This document shows, piece by piece, positions 26,240 through 39,546 of a stretch of 64,000 nucleotides of DNA; the first letter of the stretch is position 1; each line of letters starts with the position of its first letter. The notes below the pieces were generated by a model. That model was not told the origin of the DNA. It saw only the letters and a list, made by a program, of their open reading frames with translations, and searched no databases. The stretch lies in contig OZ176055.1 in assembly GCA_964247055.1 (NCBI GenBank), positions 2,542,001-2,606,000 of the forward strand, given 5' to 3'. Source of the stretch: Paragordius varius (lineage: Eukaryota > Animalia > Nematomorpha). The position numbers were made by a program, and so were the translations under genes.

Positions 26240-27410
26240 GCTTCATAAATTAACTTAAATCGTTTCATCTGCCTTCTTTCGGTTTGCTACTGAAATCCAG
26301 CATTCTCATTTTAAGAAATATTTTAAATAAAACTTATTTTACTGTTTTTAAAGGATCTACAAAAACCAAAACAATAATACCATTGATAAAAGCAATTAGA
26401 TTCTTTTTAAAAATTTTAAATATCAGCTACCTTTCAGTTTCTTTTAATAGTTCAAATGCCACATTTATGTATGAATCGGTCAATTATTATCGGTGATCGA
26501 CGGATTCGTGTGATATATTATGCTGTAAATCATCCTCTAGCTCTTTTCTAAGTGAGGCCTGGTGGAAGAAATGTCCGTTTCCATCCCCAAATTCGCCATC
26601 CGAAAAGTCGCCTGGGGGGACAGCTTCTCTCGGATTTTGAATTAGCGGATACATTCCTCGGTTTATATCTCCGAAAGTAATCATTGCAGATCTATCGCTT
26701 CCAGGTAGGGAGATCTATGGTACTTTGATCGGAAAGCAACCTTATTTAACTGACGACGAACATTATTATTATTGTAATCATTCAGTGGTGGTATCTGAAA
26801 GATTGTAATGTAATCATCCGTTTGAGTTGATTTATCCTAAGTTTAAACAATTCCTCTTTTATTGCATCTATTGCAAACTGTTTTTTTATATGTTTGTGTC
26901 ATTACTCTCTGTTTTCTTTAGGATTTTTTCCACTTTTTAGAATTGACATGGGTGGTTTTTATATTTTTCACTTTATATTTCCTCTACCTTTTAACATTAA
27001 TATTGGTGGCGGTTTGTATGTTGATGTTTATTCATTTGTAACACACTATTTAACTTACACATTCCACAAGCAGAATTTGATACATTTTTATTATTAATTA
27101 TTTCTTTGGAAATCAAACAACCTTGACATGTTTGTGCGAGGAAAGGTACTTGTAAATTCTTTAAAGCATACTATTAACCTTTTTAATTTTCCTGAAGGTC
27201 ATATAATGTTGGCGGTAATTTTCAGCATGCATGTAAGGACTTTATAAAATAAACAACAAATCTCGCTTGACTCATTTTTTATCTTCATAAATTGATAGTA
27301 AATATCTGGGCTGAAAGTTAAGTAAACGGTTATTTTAAGATTTTTGGATAAAACTATTTTTTTAGATTTGTAATAAGGTATTGTAAGGATGGGGGCATTA
27401 ATAGCTTCAT
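26240..27410 (-). pseudogene. Decayed tandem copy 1 of the orphan Lys/Arg-rich gene
   Basis: Colinear with 28620-29858 (ORF 26487-26684 retains PREAVPPGDFSDGEFGDGNGHFF). It has in-frame TAA (26845-26843) and TAG (26839-26837) where the intact copy has CAA/CAG, and the exon-2 acceptor AG is lost. Confidence 0.75.
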
Positions 27411-28619
27411 AAATTAAACGACTGAAATCGTTTCATCTGCCTTCTTCTTTCGGTTGCTACTGAAATCCATCATTCTCATTTTAAGAAATATTTTAAACAA
27501 AACTTATTTTATTGTTTTTAAAGGATCTATAAAAACCAAAACAAGAATATTATTGATAAAAGTAATTATATTCTTTTCAAAAATTTAAATATCAGCTACC
27601 TTTCAGTTTCTTTTAAAAGTTCAAATGCCACATTTATGTATGAATCGGTCAATTATTATCGGTGATCTAGTACAACGGATTCGTGTTGCTGATATATTAT
27701 GCTGTAAATCATCCTCTAGCTCTTTTCTAAGTCAGGCCTGGTGGAAGAAATGTCCGTTTCCATCCCCAAATTCGCCATCCGAAAAGTCGCCTGGCGGGAC
27801 AGCTTCTCTCGGATTTTGAATTAGCGGATATCCTCGGTTTATATCTCCGAAAGTAATCATTGCAGTTCTATCGCTTCCACGCTTCCATGTAGGGAGATCT
27901 ATGGTACTGATGCATGATCGGAGAGCAACGCCATTTGACAGAAGACGAACATTATTATTATTGTAATCATTCAGTGGCGGTATCTGAAAGATTGTAGTGT
28001 AATCATCCGTTTGAGTTGATGAATTTTGAGTTTAAACAATTCCTCTTTTAGTGCATCTATTGCAAACTGCTTTTTTATATGTTTCTGTCACAACTCTCTG
28101 TTTTCTTTAGGATTTTTTTTCACTTTTTAGAATTGACATGGGTCGTTTTATTGGGATTTGCAGGCCTTTAGATTATATTTTTCACTTTATATTTCCTCTA
28201 CCTTTTAACATTAATATTGGTGGCGGTTTGTATGTTGATGTTTTCTCCTTTGTAACACACTATTTAACTTACACATCCACAAGCAGAATTTGATTCATTT
28301 TTATTATTAATTATTTCTTTGGAAATCAAACAACCTTGACATGTTTGGGCGAGAAAAGGTAACTGAAAATTCTTTAAAGCATACTATTAACCTTTTTAAT
28401 TTTCCTGAAGGTCATATAATGTTGGCCGTAATTTTCAGCATGCATGTAAGGACTTTATAAAATAAACAACAAATCTCGCTTGACTCATTTTTTATCTTCA
28501 TAAATTGATAGTGAATATCTGGGCTGAAAGTTAAGTAAACGGTTATTTTAAGTTATTTGGATAAAACTATTTTTTTAGATTTGTAATAAGGTATTGTAAG
28601 GATGGGGGCATTAATAGCT
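27411..28619 (-). pseudogene. Decayed tandem copy 2 of the orphan Lys/Arg-rich gene
   Basis: Highly similar to copy 1 over ~1.2 kb. It has the same in-frame TAA (28034-28032) in VCNRCTKRGIV*TQNSSTQT and lacks the exon-2 acceptor. Confidence 0.75.
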
Positions 28620-29858
28620 TCATAAATTAAACGACTGAAATCTCTTCACGTGTTTTCTTCGTCCGGTTTGATACCGAAAACCAGCATTCTCACTATATTT
28701 TAAGAAATATTATAAATAGAATTCTTTTTACTGTTTTTAAAGGATCTTTAAAACCCAAAACAAGAATATTAGTGAAAGTAATTAGATTAAAAATATGTAC
28801 TACCTTTCAGTTTCTTCCGAAAGTTCAAAGCCCACATTTATGTTGGGTAACGATATATGTCGGTCAATTATAATTGCCGATCTAGCACGACGGATTCGTG
28901 TTGCTGCTATACTTATCTGTGTGCGTTCATATTCTACCTCATCTCTAATTGCCCGCTGGAAGAAATGTCCGTTTCCATCCCCAAATTCGCCATCCGAAAA
29001 GTCGCCTGGCGGGACAGCTTCTCTCGGATTTTGAATTAGCGGATACCTTCCTCGGTTTATATCCCCGGTAATCATTACAGATCTATCGCTTCCACGCTGC
29101 CATGTAGGGAGATCTATGGTACTTACACATGATCGTAGAGGAACTTCATTTGACTGACGACGAACATTATTATTAAGGCAATCATTCACTGGAGGTATCT
29201 GAAAGATTGTAGTGAAATCGTTTGTTTGAGTTGATGCATCCTGAGTTTGAACAATCACTCTTTTACGATTGCATCGATTACAAACTGTTTTTTTATTTCT
29301 TTTTGTTTTTACACCTCTCTGTTTCTTTGATGAAAGTTCACCTTTCTCCTTTCTAGCAACTGATTTTTTACTTCTTTGTGATTTTCGTTGACTATTCCCT
29401 TTACCTTTAATATTTTTCGCTTTTCTGCAACGGCTCCTGTTTTTTTCTCTCACAGTTATTTTGGTGTTTCGGACTGTTTTCGGCCGTTTGGATGTTACTT
29501 TAGTTATGTTTTTGTTGGTTTCTCTTCCTGTTTTCTGTCGTTTACAATTGAGTTTAGTAGATGTTGCATGTTTTCGCTTGACACATTTTTCATTTATTAG
29601 AGAAATCTGTTTCCGCTTTCTTTTTTGAGACTTTTTATTATATGAAACCTTTCCACTATTTTTCTTTTTGTTAATTATGTTTTGAAAGACATTTTTGCTT
29701 TTCGGCGGTTTGAGAGGAATTAAAGAATGCTTTTTGCTTTTATGTTTGGATACTGCCTTATTTTTTGGCTTAATAACACATTTCTTTGCCGAAGTTATAG
29801 ATATTTTTTGTATTTTTCGTGTTTTAGTAGTAATGCTTTGGTTGTTTTTGCGTTTCAT
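28620..29858 (-). CDS. Orphan highly basic (Lys/Arg-rich) protein, probably two exons (29858-28804 and 28692-28620)
   Basis: A 352-codon ATG-initiated ORF in ~75% AT DNA ends at an AG|GTAGTA donor-like site. Splicing a 111-nt intron to TATAG|TGAG continues in frame to SENAGFRYQTGRRKHVKRFQSFNL*. No recognisable family. Exon 2 is inferred. Confidence 0.65.
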
Positions 29859-30920
29859 AATAAAACTTTAATATGACGCATAAAATTATTACAATCAATT
29901 ACGCAATAACTTATTTAAATTTATATATAAAAAATCAATTGAATCAGGCGTTTCGTCATAATTTCAATTAAGCCTAGATAAAATTTTAGAAATTAAATTA
30001 TAAAAATTTATTAAATAAGAAATTATATATAGTTGATTTTGCGCTCAAAATCGGGTGAATTGATATTTTAAAATATTAACTTTTATATAATCTGAGTTCG
30101 CTAGATATGCCATTTTGAATCGAGGTGTTAACATAATATATTTTAAAAATTTGGAATGGAGAATTCTGCGTTTATCAAAAAATTATTTTTGATATAATCT
30201 GAAGTAATTGTCCGGTTTTTTGATATTAAGTAATTCTTAAAGTCAAATACCTTTCTTATACTCGTAGTCCCAAAAAAAGCTCGATGTCCTGATATTTTCT
30301 TTTGGGTTATATATATATATATATATATATATAATTATATTATTTTATGACTTCAAAAGTCCCAGATTGGCCCAAAGAGTTTTCTGAAAATAAACGGGGA
30401 AATGTCGAGATTTTGCGATAAGAATTGTCATTGAACACTTCAAGTTGGTCCTTAAACACAAGTTGGCCTTCAACTTTTTTAATTTGTTTTTAACTTTTAA
30501 ATATCAACCCTGGTATCATTCTATTTTATCATTATAAACATATTCTCTTTTTATAACACAAACTTGTATATCTACTTTCAATTCATAAAACCGTATATCT
30601 TAATAATAATTTTTCAAGTTTTTTTAAATTTGATAAGATATACCACGTAATTAACAAATATATGAGTTTTGTGGGTTATTTACAATTTTTAGTTAGAAAC
30701 ATTAGTTAGTAAAAAATTAGTTTGTAATAAACAAAATAATTTTTAAAAGGAAATGCTATTAATGAATAAATATAACACTAAACATTTTCTGCCACTCGAG
30801 ATTTTTTTCCTAATATATCATTTTAACAGTAAAACTGGAATATAAAATTTTCGTAAAAGTGTATATACCTTTCATATTCGTAGTCGCCCTAAAAGCTCCA
30901 TGTTCTGATACATTTTGTAT

Positions 30921-30956
<36 letters not shown>

Positions 30957-30960
<4 letters not shown>

Positions 30961-32271
30961 ATTTCCCAGTCTAAATAAACGTTTTCCCAGTCTATCGAAA
31001 CATTTTCCCAATCAATCGAAACGTTTTCCCAGTCAATCGAAACGTTTTCCCAGTCAATAGAAACATTTTCCCAGTCAATAGAAACATTTTCCCAGTCAAT
31101 AAAAACATTTTCCCAATCAATAAAAACGTTTTTCCAGTCAATAAAAACGGTATTTATTATTGATAATAAATATCAAAACAAGATAGAAAAATAACTTTTA
31201 ACCATTATTAGCGTAATATTAGGATATTATTTTTTATGAATTAACAATTATTGAATGAAAATATTTTTTATATATTCCAATACACAATCATTAATAATTT
31301 ATTCTTTAAGAGCTATATTTTATGAACTGGAAGAATATTTTATGGTTTTTAAGTATTTTATGAAAATATTTAATAAGTTTTTTATTTTATCGATGGTTCG
31401 CATTAATATTCGAGGCTAACTTTTAAAGATTTATAAAAATATACCATTTTTATCTCAAAGGTCATTTAACACTTCATATGGGGTCTCAAACATAAATTTT
31501 ACCCTATTTTTATATTCATATGGTTCATCGGAGGCCTAAGAAAATCTTGGTAAAATTCATATTTCTTACGCTATTATTCTGAATGAGTTTATAAAATTGA
31601 CAACGAATTAAAAAAATATATTGTGTTTGTACTTTACAGTCTTATGTCTAAGATATAAATTATTTATGAATGTCCTTATATAATACGAATACGAAACGCC
31701 GTGCTTTTTGGGTTAAAAATGCGGCCCGCAAAGCCATTGTGCTAGAATATCCTTTTTTATAAAATATTTTTTAATAAAAAACATATTTAAAACCATGTTT
31801 TGTTCAGATTTTTTCCGACAGTATTTTATTCGACATGTTTATGATCCAATTTGAAGCGTTAGATAACCAATTTGAGATAAAAATGGTATATTTTTATAAA
31901 TTTTATTATCCGTAACTATAGACTTTAAAAGTTAGCCTTGAATATAAATGCGAACCATCGATAAAATAAAAAACCTATTAAATATTTTCATTACGCTAAT
32001 AATGGTTAAAAGTTATTTTTCTATCTTGTTTTGATATTTATTATCCAAAATAAAAACCGTTTTTATTGACTGGAAAAACGTTTTTATTGATTGGGAAAAT
32101 GTTTTTATTGACTGGGAAAATGTTTCTATTGACTGGGAAAATGTTTCTATTGACTGGGAAAACGTTTCGATTGACAGGGAAAACGTTTCGATTGACTGGG
32201 AAAACGTTTCGATTGACTGGGAAAATGTTTCGATTGACTGGGAAAACGTTTATTTAGACTGGGAAATGGTA
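30957..32271. mobile_element. Foldback element with variant 21-bp arrays (AAACGTTTTCCCAGTCAATCG type), inserted in a (TA)n microsatellite
   Basis: (TA)n-TACCATTTCCCAGTC at the left end and GACTGGGAAATGGTA-(TA)n at the right end. About nine 21-bp units per arm plus further inverted unique sequence, including an inner inverted pair (atcgatggttcgcatt / aatgcgaaccatcgat). Confidence 0.85.
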
Positions 32272-33254
32272 TATATATATATATATATAATATATTTTAA
32301 GAACTAAAGTCTATATTGGCAAGGGGTTTTTTATGATGCATATTAATGATATTTGGAATGTAGCATCCACCTTTCATCCAAAATTATTTATTAAGTATAA
32401 TGTGCATTTTGCCATTTTGAGTAGGATATGTCATTAATTACATTTTTACAATCGTAAGACCCATCATAATTTTGTTTCCATTATGTTATAGTGATAGGGT
32501 TGATAAAATTAAGTCAAACCTGGCAAGATGAGCATATTAAGCCAGAGAGGAAACAATTGAATATCGGTGATAAAAAACACTTTAATCAAGTCTTTTGCTT
32601 ATGAATGAAACATTTTTTACCACCCAATTTTTTAGGATAACTTATTCGCCTATTTTCCAGAAATATATAAAATAAGGCACTAAAACGACAAACAATTAAT
32701 ACACTATGAAATAGAAGTTTTTCAAAAATGGCACGTATATTAAAATTTTTGTGATTAAGACACCTAAAATTTGTAAGTCAATAAACCATGCCTTTAAAAC
32801 ACTTTTATTATTAACACATGGTTATATAATGTTTTCAGGTATAATACAAAATAATTATAGAATAGCTGGTTCTGTCACGCTGCGCTGTGACGTACTTTTA
32901 CGAATTCTTAATATGCAATAAATAGAATGGAGATAAAAAATCAATAAAACAAACATATATAATTTAAAGAATGTCTTTAATTTATTCTTTTACGGGTTTT
33001 TGCGTAGGCTCAAATATTGTTTACTCAAAATTGACCATATTTAAACTATCCCTTATTAAATTGGATTTATTTTAACATTTTTGTTTAACGAAATCATGGT
33101 TATAAGTTTTATTTCGAAATTGTGTTCACACAGCTGGGATCAAGGGATATAACAAGTAAATCATTTGTGGTCCCTTTTAAAAGGAAAGAATGATATTATA
33201 CAAATTCTCCAGAAGTGTGTTTAACTGAACTTATATGGCTTCTTAAGTTTTTCG

Positions 33255-34361
33255 AAAATTAGCTACATAACCACGCCATTTTTGTATGGCGTCTCACTTT
33301 CAAACCGGTAGACTACCCATAGACCTATATGGTAAAAGCGCTGAGTTAATTTCTTTACCTTTATATATTTGGAATCATCTTTGATACCATCGTCCCATGG
33401 GTTATTCAAAAAAATACCTCAACACTATATAATTGTTATATGATGGCGTATTTTAAGGACATAAAGCCCCCAAATTAACTACTATTAAAAATACGCCTGA
33501 CCTTTTTTACCTAGTTACGGGTATTTCAAGCTTTTAATGAGCTTATATAGTTTAAAACAACGCCTATACAGTGGCGCAGTTTTTGGCGGGCAGCTCCTAA
33601 CCCATGGGGAAAAAAACATTGGGAAAAAGTGCCTTTATGTGGGCATTATCTATAATTATCCTTCCATATGTTCCTATTAGACTCATAGGTTAAAATCATT
33701 CTATGGTGGCGCCTTTTTCAGGGCGTAAGGGGCCTAATTTCAAAAAACCGCACAACCTAAATTTTTGCCTTGTTACGGGTAATAATTTAAGCACATATTG
33801 AACTCGTATGGCCTGATGGGTTTTCTGAAATTTAACTCCAAAACAACGTGATTTCTATATAATGGCGCAGTTTTTGGCGGGTAGCTTCTAACTCAGGGGC
33901 AGGCATAAAAAAACGTTGTGCAAAATTTTTGCCTTTTAACAGGGAATATGTGGAATCCTTAATGTTTTCGGTCTCATGCCCTGGAGAAAATATAGGTTCA
34001 AAAAATTAGTTTTGTGGACTTTTTTAAAGAATGGCCTTTTACCGAGGGGGCGGGTAAAAAGAGGGCATAAATAAAAAAGGCGAGCTGACTATGTTCTGCG
34101 GAATAGAAAATTAATAAAAAAATTCCATTTGAAATCGAATGGTCCACGTTTTCCGGAAAATTGTCTCAAAAACACGATTTTTGTGGACTTGTGTTTTCAA
34201 AAAAGACAGGTTTTACACGGGGTGGGCCTGAACTGGAACCCTAATTCAAAAAAAGGGAGAAGCTATTATGCATTCATCTAGACATTTGGATTTGAATGGA
34301 CTACCGATCCTCCGGAAACAGATTATAAAGCCACCACTTTCCATTTTTATAATAATATAGA
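33255..34361 (-). mobile_element. Reverse-oriented, diverged copy of the Helitron-like family; 3' end uncertain
   Basis: The minus strand begins A|TCTATATTATTATAAAAATGGAAAG at 34361 and is colinear with 20450-21700 down to ~33255. A possible degenerate 3' end (hairpin GTCAC..GTGAC then CCAGCTAT) lies at ~32862-32892. Confidence 0.65.
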
Positions 34362-35039
34362 TTCAATAATTATTTATTCTAGGCTAAATCAGAATTATGA
34401 CGAATTGTTTTTACTATTGAGATCTGCCCCAGTGCTCACCCGAATTTTTGGTGAATATCTATCCAAACTGTTTTACAGTTCATGTTTTGTTAGGAGTCCT
34501 TTTTCAAATATAATAGGTTATAAAATATAATAACATTTTTAATTGATTACACTAATCGACAAATTTGGACTTTTTCGAGCACCAACACTCAAATTTTTGA
34601 ATTTTGACTGATTTCAGTGTTTAAATTGAATCTGAAAAAAAATTTGATACCACCGATCAGAATTTTGAGATATTACAGGTTAATTTTTCAAAAACAAGAG
34701 AAAACAAACAGAAAACTAAATATAACTTTAAAATAAAAATTTATTATATTATTAAATTGGTATCAATTATAACTTTTTAAATCTATCTTCTGAATAAATA
34801 TGTCATTTTGATATCAGGAAGAAAAAAATAGTACGGGTATCGTTAAATAGTGTTTTTAAAGCTAATTTAAACATGTATAAATTAAAATACTAAAAGAGGC
34901 ATTTTATGGTTTAAACCTTCGGCTTTCAGAAGCTATATTTATTTTGTTGGTTGGCTATTTTTTTACTTTTCTCTTCGGTTGATTCTTACAAAAAAATCTG
35001 TTATTTATACCTAGTGGATATTGTTTAAATGATTGGATG

Positions 35040-35400
35040 CTGTATAATTAGAAATTCAGATGAATGTTGGGCAGCCACTCCTGGATGATGGATATTCTAC
35101 GATAATTTTATGAACTATAATATGACCTCTTGAACTTATCTAATCTTTTTATCCAATTTATGGTCAAATTGTTTAATTCTGTTTGGTGAATTGGTTACTT
35201 TCACATATCAATTCTGGATTTTGCTGAAGATAACTACGTTATACCAATCTGCAGGTCTCTCTTAACTACGATCACCTAATTGTATACCCTTTGCCATATC
35301 TGGCATAATTATAGGATAGCTTGGGAGATTTTAGCAAAGCTTGTGCAAGCTGCCGGGATCTATAACACCACACCATACATTCGCCCTTTTAGATTTTTAA
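35040..35400 (-). mobile_element. Possible highly decayed non-LTR (RTE-like) retrotransposon fragment
   Basis: GC-enriched patch. The minus strand gives broken peptides LKGRMYGVV..IPA and VVKRDL that resemble the region C-terminal to LINE reverse transcriptase. Multiple stops. Confidence 0.3.
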
Positions 35401-38400
35401 TATATTTGATAATACTCTTTGGCTCTTAGCAATTTATTTTAATTGTGTATTCTTAGAGTTTCGTTTTCTCTTATATTTTTTACATAGAATTTTAATTAAA
35501 AATGCTATTTATTTATTGTATATTGTCTATTTCTATGTAACAAGCCCGCTTTCTCGTGCAAAAGAGATAACAAACCTTCAGCATTGTGTGGATAATATTT
35601 TAATATAAAGATCGACGGCATTTATTAAGTTTTATTATATGCATCATCAATAACATTTTTGTAGTCTTCGTGGATAAAAAAATCTTCTATATAATAGTGT
35701 ACGTGGGCTGATATATCTGGATCATTTTTGCATTTTCATTCTAAAATTATAATGAAAAACCTGGCTTTGGAATACCACTTGTATCGACTTGCTCGTTTAA
35801 ATAATTAAATATATGTACGCAATGAATAATTGTTTTTTAAATTTACAAATTAAATTTTAAATAAAAACTATTAGCTGCCTCAATTTTTTTATTTTGGCCT
35901 TTCCATGCCATTAGGTAATAGAAAATGCAAAAAAATAGGGTGGTGCAAAACCTTGTTGAGCAATGTTATTATTAACATTATATTTGAAGTAAATATATTA
36001 TGAAAAACTCTTTGCGTTTTAGCGTTTATATATAAAACGAAGATTGCAAATAAACTAGATTATTTAATTTGATGGAAACATACCTTAATTTTTAATATTT
36101 TTTCAATAATATTTAAGCGTTTACTTGTAAATCAAGTTAGGAACAAAATTTCACACTAAAAATAAAGTTTAAAGCTTTTTTATCTTTCACACCAGTTATA
36201 ATCATGCATTTTACTATCCACTAGAAAAAATTCTGTTGATAATAATCATTTTTATTAAAACACAAACTAAAATCTTTTTGAAAAACTTTTTAAAATTTTA
36301 TACTAATGTAACCTTAATAATTATGTTAAATTATAAATTATTTTGTTTCTGAAAATTTTCGACTTATTTAAGGGTTGAAAATTTTTATATATAAACCCAA
36401 ATAACTTTTACATCGGATTAAATTAAATGACAAACTACCATTTGAGAGACACAAGTCGCCTTTCTAATGATGTAAAATACATGGCTCCATATCTAAAACA
36501 ATTCTAAAAGTTTCAAGTGTAATGTTAAATCGGGAATTATCGATAAACCCTAATAAAAGATAATTCTTAGGTGTTAGACCATTTTTTTCAGGTATAATAT
36601 TTATGTTATTTAATGGGTAAATTTTAAATTTATGAAAATGCCACTTAAAAAAGTCGCGTTGTCTAGTGTAATAAATAAAGTAAATTATTAAAAAGGTGAA
36701 TTAGGAAAATACATGTAAAAATGGTTAAATCCAAACTTAAACAGTTCAAGGACAAACTCGAAATGGTCAAGGACCAACTTGAATCGTTCAAAGACGCTCT
36801 TGTTTAAATGGTATATACGGTAGATTATGACATAAAAAACTATTTTAAAAAGATGCATTAACACTCTGCACAAAATCCGGGGAGGGTAAATTATTTATGT
36901 TAATATATAAAGAAAAATGTCAGCATTATAATGCATCAGTTATTTCAGAAAATAAATATAAATTATGTGTTAATTATTGCATACCGATTAAAATTTGGCG
37001 CACATAAATAAAATTTTCTCAAAGGTAAATGCTTTATTCAAAAAAATATTTTTAATTTTATTGAAAAAGAATATAATTTATCGAATTCAAAATTTTAGAC
37101 GAAGCAGAAAGGCGTACGGACCTCAATAAAACTATATAAAGTTCTTAAAATACACGCAAAGATGCTGAGATTACTCGAGAAGAAATTCTAATACATACTA
37201 AATTATGACATTTAAAAGAAAATTTTTTTAACAAACATGCACACTTTGCTACTTATTTTTTGGCAAATTTTGATAAAAAACCTACTTCATGGTATTTTTA
37301 GGTATGATGGAAACGGTATAAAAACGTTTTAAGAGATTATAAAAATACTAATATTCGTGTGTCTCTGAATATATGTTAATATAACCTGGGTTTTTTTCCG
37401 AAACACCAAAATTACCTAGCAAACTTTTAAATAAAAATTTTGATGTGATTAAAATGTTCATCATCTTTGAAATATTAATATCTAAAAGCGTTTTAATACC
37501 GTTTCAATCCTGCTCAAAATAGTATGTTTCCAGCATAGATTTAAATTTTTGACAAAAGTATGCTTTAAAGTAATTTTAGCTGATACTAAAATTTTTATAA
37601 CCTTTTTATCCCGGAATATCGACATTTTTGTGTTATTTAGAAAACTAGCCCAATTGAAGAAAAAAATTTGAAACTTTGGAAGACCTCAAATTATATATTT
37701 TATAAAGTTTTTATTTTGTTTTTATAAGTAGTATATGATATATCCAAGTATTTTATAAAATGAAGCATGGCTTTTATCAATAAAAATTCATTTACAAAAT
37801 GTCTGTAAATTTGCCTCTGATATGGAGCAGTTGCTACAAAAGTAATTATTTTTTTCTTATATATCTTGTAAGAACCAAAATTAAAAGGACCATGGTAATC
37901 CAGATACATTTTTCTATCAAAATATATTTTCATCAGATTCTTATGTTGAATACAAAAGGTGTTGCTTTTAAATTTTGGGAATTTGTGAAATATACAATTT
38001 ATATTTTCTCTATTAAATTCTTAGGTGAGAGAATTGAACATTATGCAAAGAAAATATATCTAAGATAAAGCGTCTTTATACCGTTTCCATCATGCCGTAA
38101 AATAGTGATATTTTTTTCCAAAAATAAATTTGATGCCATAATTTACATTTATCAAAATATTTTATTGCGAAATCTGGGCATTTTTTCGTTTATTTAATCA
38201 GAACAAACCCATATTAAAAGGAGAAAAAAATTAATACTAGCTAACCAAAAATATAAAAATATGTTTGGCTTTTTATACGTAGGAATAAAGCATTTAGTTT
38301 TACCAAAATAATTCGACAAAATGTAAAATTTGGCCATATCTGGTAAGTTACGTTGAAAAGTGTAAATAACTTCTATCTCAAAGGTCAGAACCACCATGCT

Positions 38401-38674
38401 AAATATACATTTTATCAGAATTAATTATATTATATATATTAAAATAAATTTATTCCCCCACCCCCCGATTTCAGAGAATAATGTGCACAATAATCAAGCA
38501 AAGAGTGTAGCGTCGGAAGATCGTCGGTCACCTGCCATCACACTTCCCACCCACCTGCAAAGCATGGTGCTTCAGAGCGTGGAGACACAAGGGAAGTTGG
38601 GCCTAATGTTAGTATCTACATGCACAAAATGCCTTTATGTTAGGTGTGTTAATGTTAGTTAGAATAGTTTAAGC

Positions 38675-38710
<36 letters not shown>

Positions 38711-39446
38711 AATATATATGAAGAAATGTATATTCATCGTGTTATGTAAAGGCAATATTGATTTAATAGCCGTACAAACAGCATTATGGTCCTTACTTTT
38801 TAAAATAACAAAAAATCATGTTAAATGTAAATTTTAAAAATCTTATCTTTGGTGTAAAAGGGCTCTTTATTTGCGATATAAGAGAGCGTGGCCTTTAAAG
38901 ACAATTTTGAAGATATAAGACATCACGAGTGTCAACTTTACCCCTTCGAGTGACCATGTTTCAGCTCCACCCCTAAGGGCTAACCCGCAATAAATATCCA
39001 TTGTATTACTTTGATGTAAGTCTCAAATTTCGCAAAAAGAGATGCCGGAGATTGGTAACCCTGCTCAAATATCAGCGGCTCCAACATTGCTCGCCAAGAT
39101 GCAGGATATTATACCTTTCAATTTTGGCGCATAATACAGTCATGTCTATATAGAATTGTCTTTTTTTTTTATTTAAATGATTATAATTTTTTTTTAATTG
39201 TTTTGATGTTTGATATGTCAACTTTCAACATGCGCATTTTTAAGCCTTAAAATAATAATAGCCTATTTAGTGTAAGAATTTTTAATTTATAATTAAAAGA
39301 TGTTGCAAAATATTATTCTTGAACATTTTATCTACAACATGCGCATGTAATTTATGATAACCAAGTTTAATATATGTTTTCATTTTCTAGGGGTTTTTAA
39401 CATGCACTTAAAATATATAAGAAAACCCAAGCAGATGTCCATTTAA

Positions 39447-39546
39447 TCTCTATATATATAAAGAAATAAATCATAAATCTAGAGTTATTTTAAAAAATTA
39501 TGAATATCAACGATAACCCATTATTTCTTCTTTGCTCGGCAGCTAG
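39447..39546 (+). mobile_element. Possible 100-bp mini-Helitron nested inside the Tc1 element
   Basis: A|TCTCTATATATATAAAG ... GCTCGGCAGCTAG|T, i.e. TC/CTAG ends in an A|T site. The subterminal hairpin is weak (TGC-TCG-GCA). Confidence 0.45.

Noticed and set aside
26837-28034. TAA/TAG read as Gln (non-standard genetic code), suggested by CAA/CAG-to-stop correspondences in the tandem copies
   Set aside because: TAA and TAG terminate myotubularin, ZEB and NNT at the expected positions and never occur inside their exons. The stops are ordinary C>T decay.
28795-29600. Plus-strand ORFs overlapping the Lys-rich gene (also 27625-27819), and antisense ORFs over NNT (44428-44628, 46225-46567) and ZEB (62362-62562)
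   Set aside because: These are shadow frames opposite real or decayed coding exons.
32066-32257. ORF with LTGKTFL repeats
   Set aside because: Same artefact from the 21-bp array of the 30957-32271 element.
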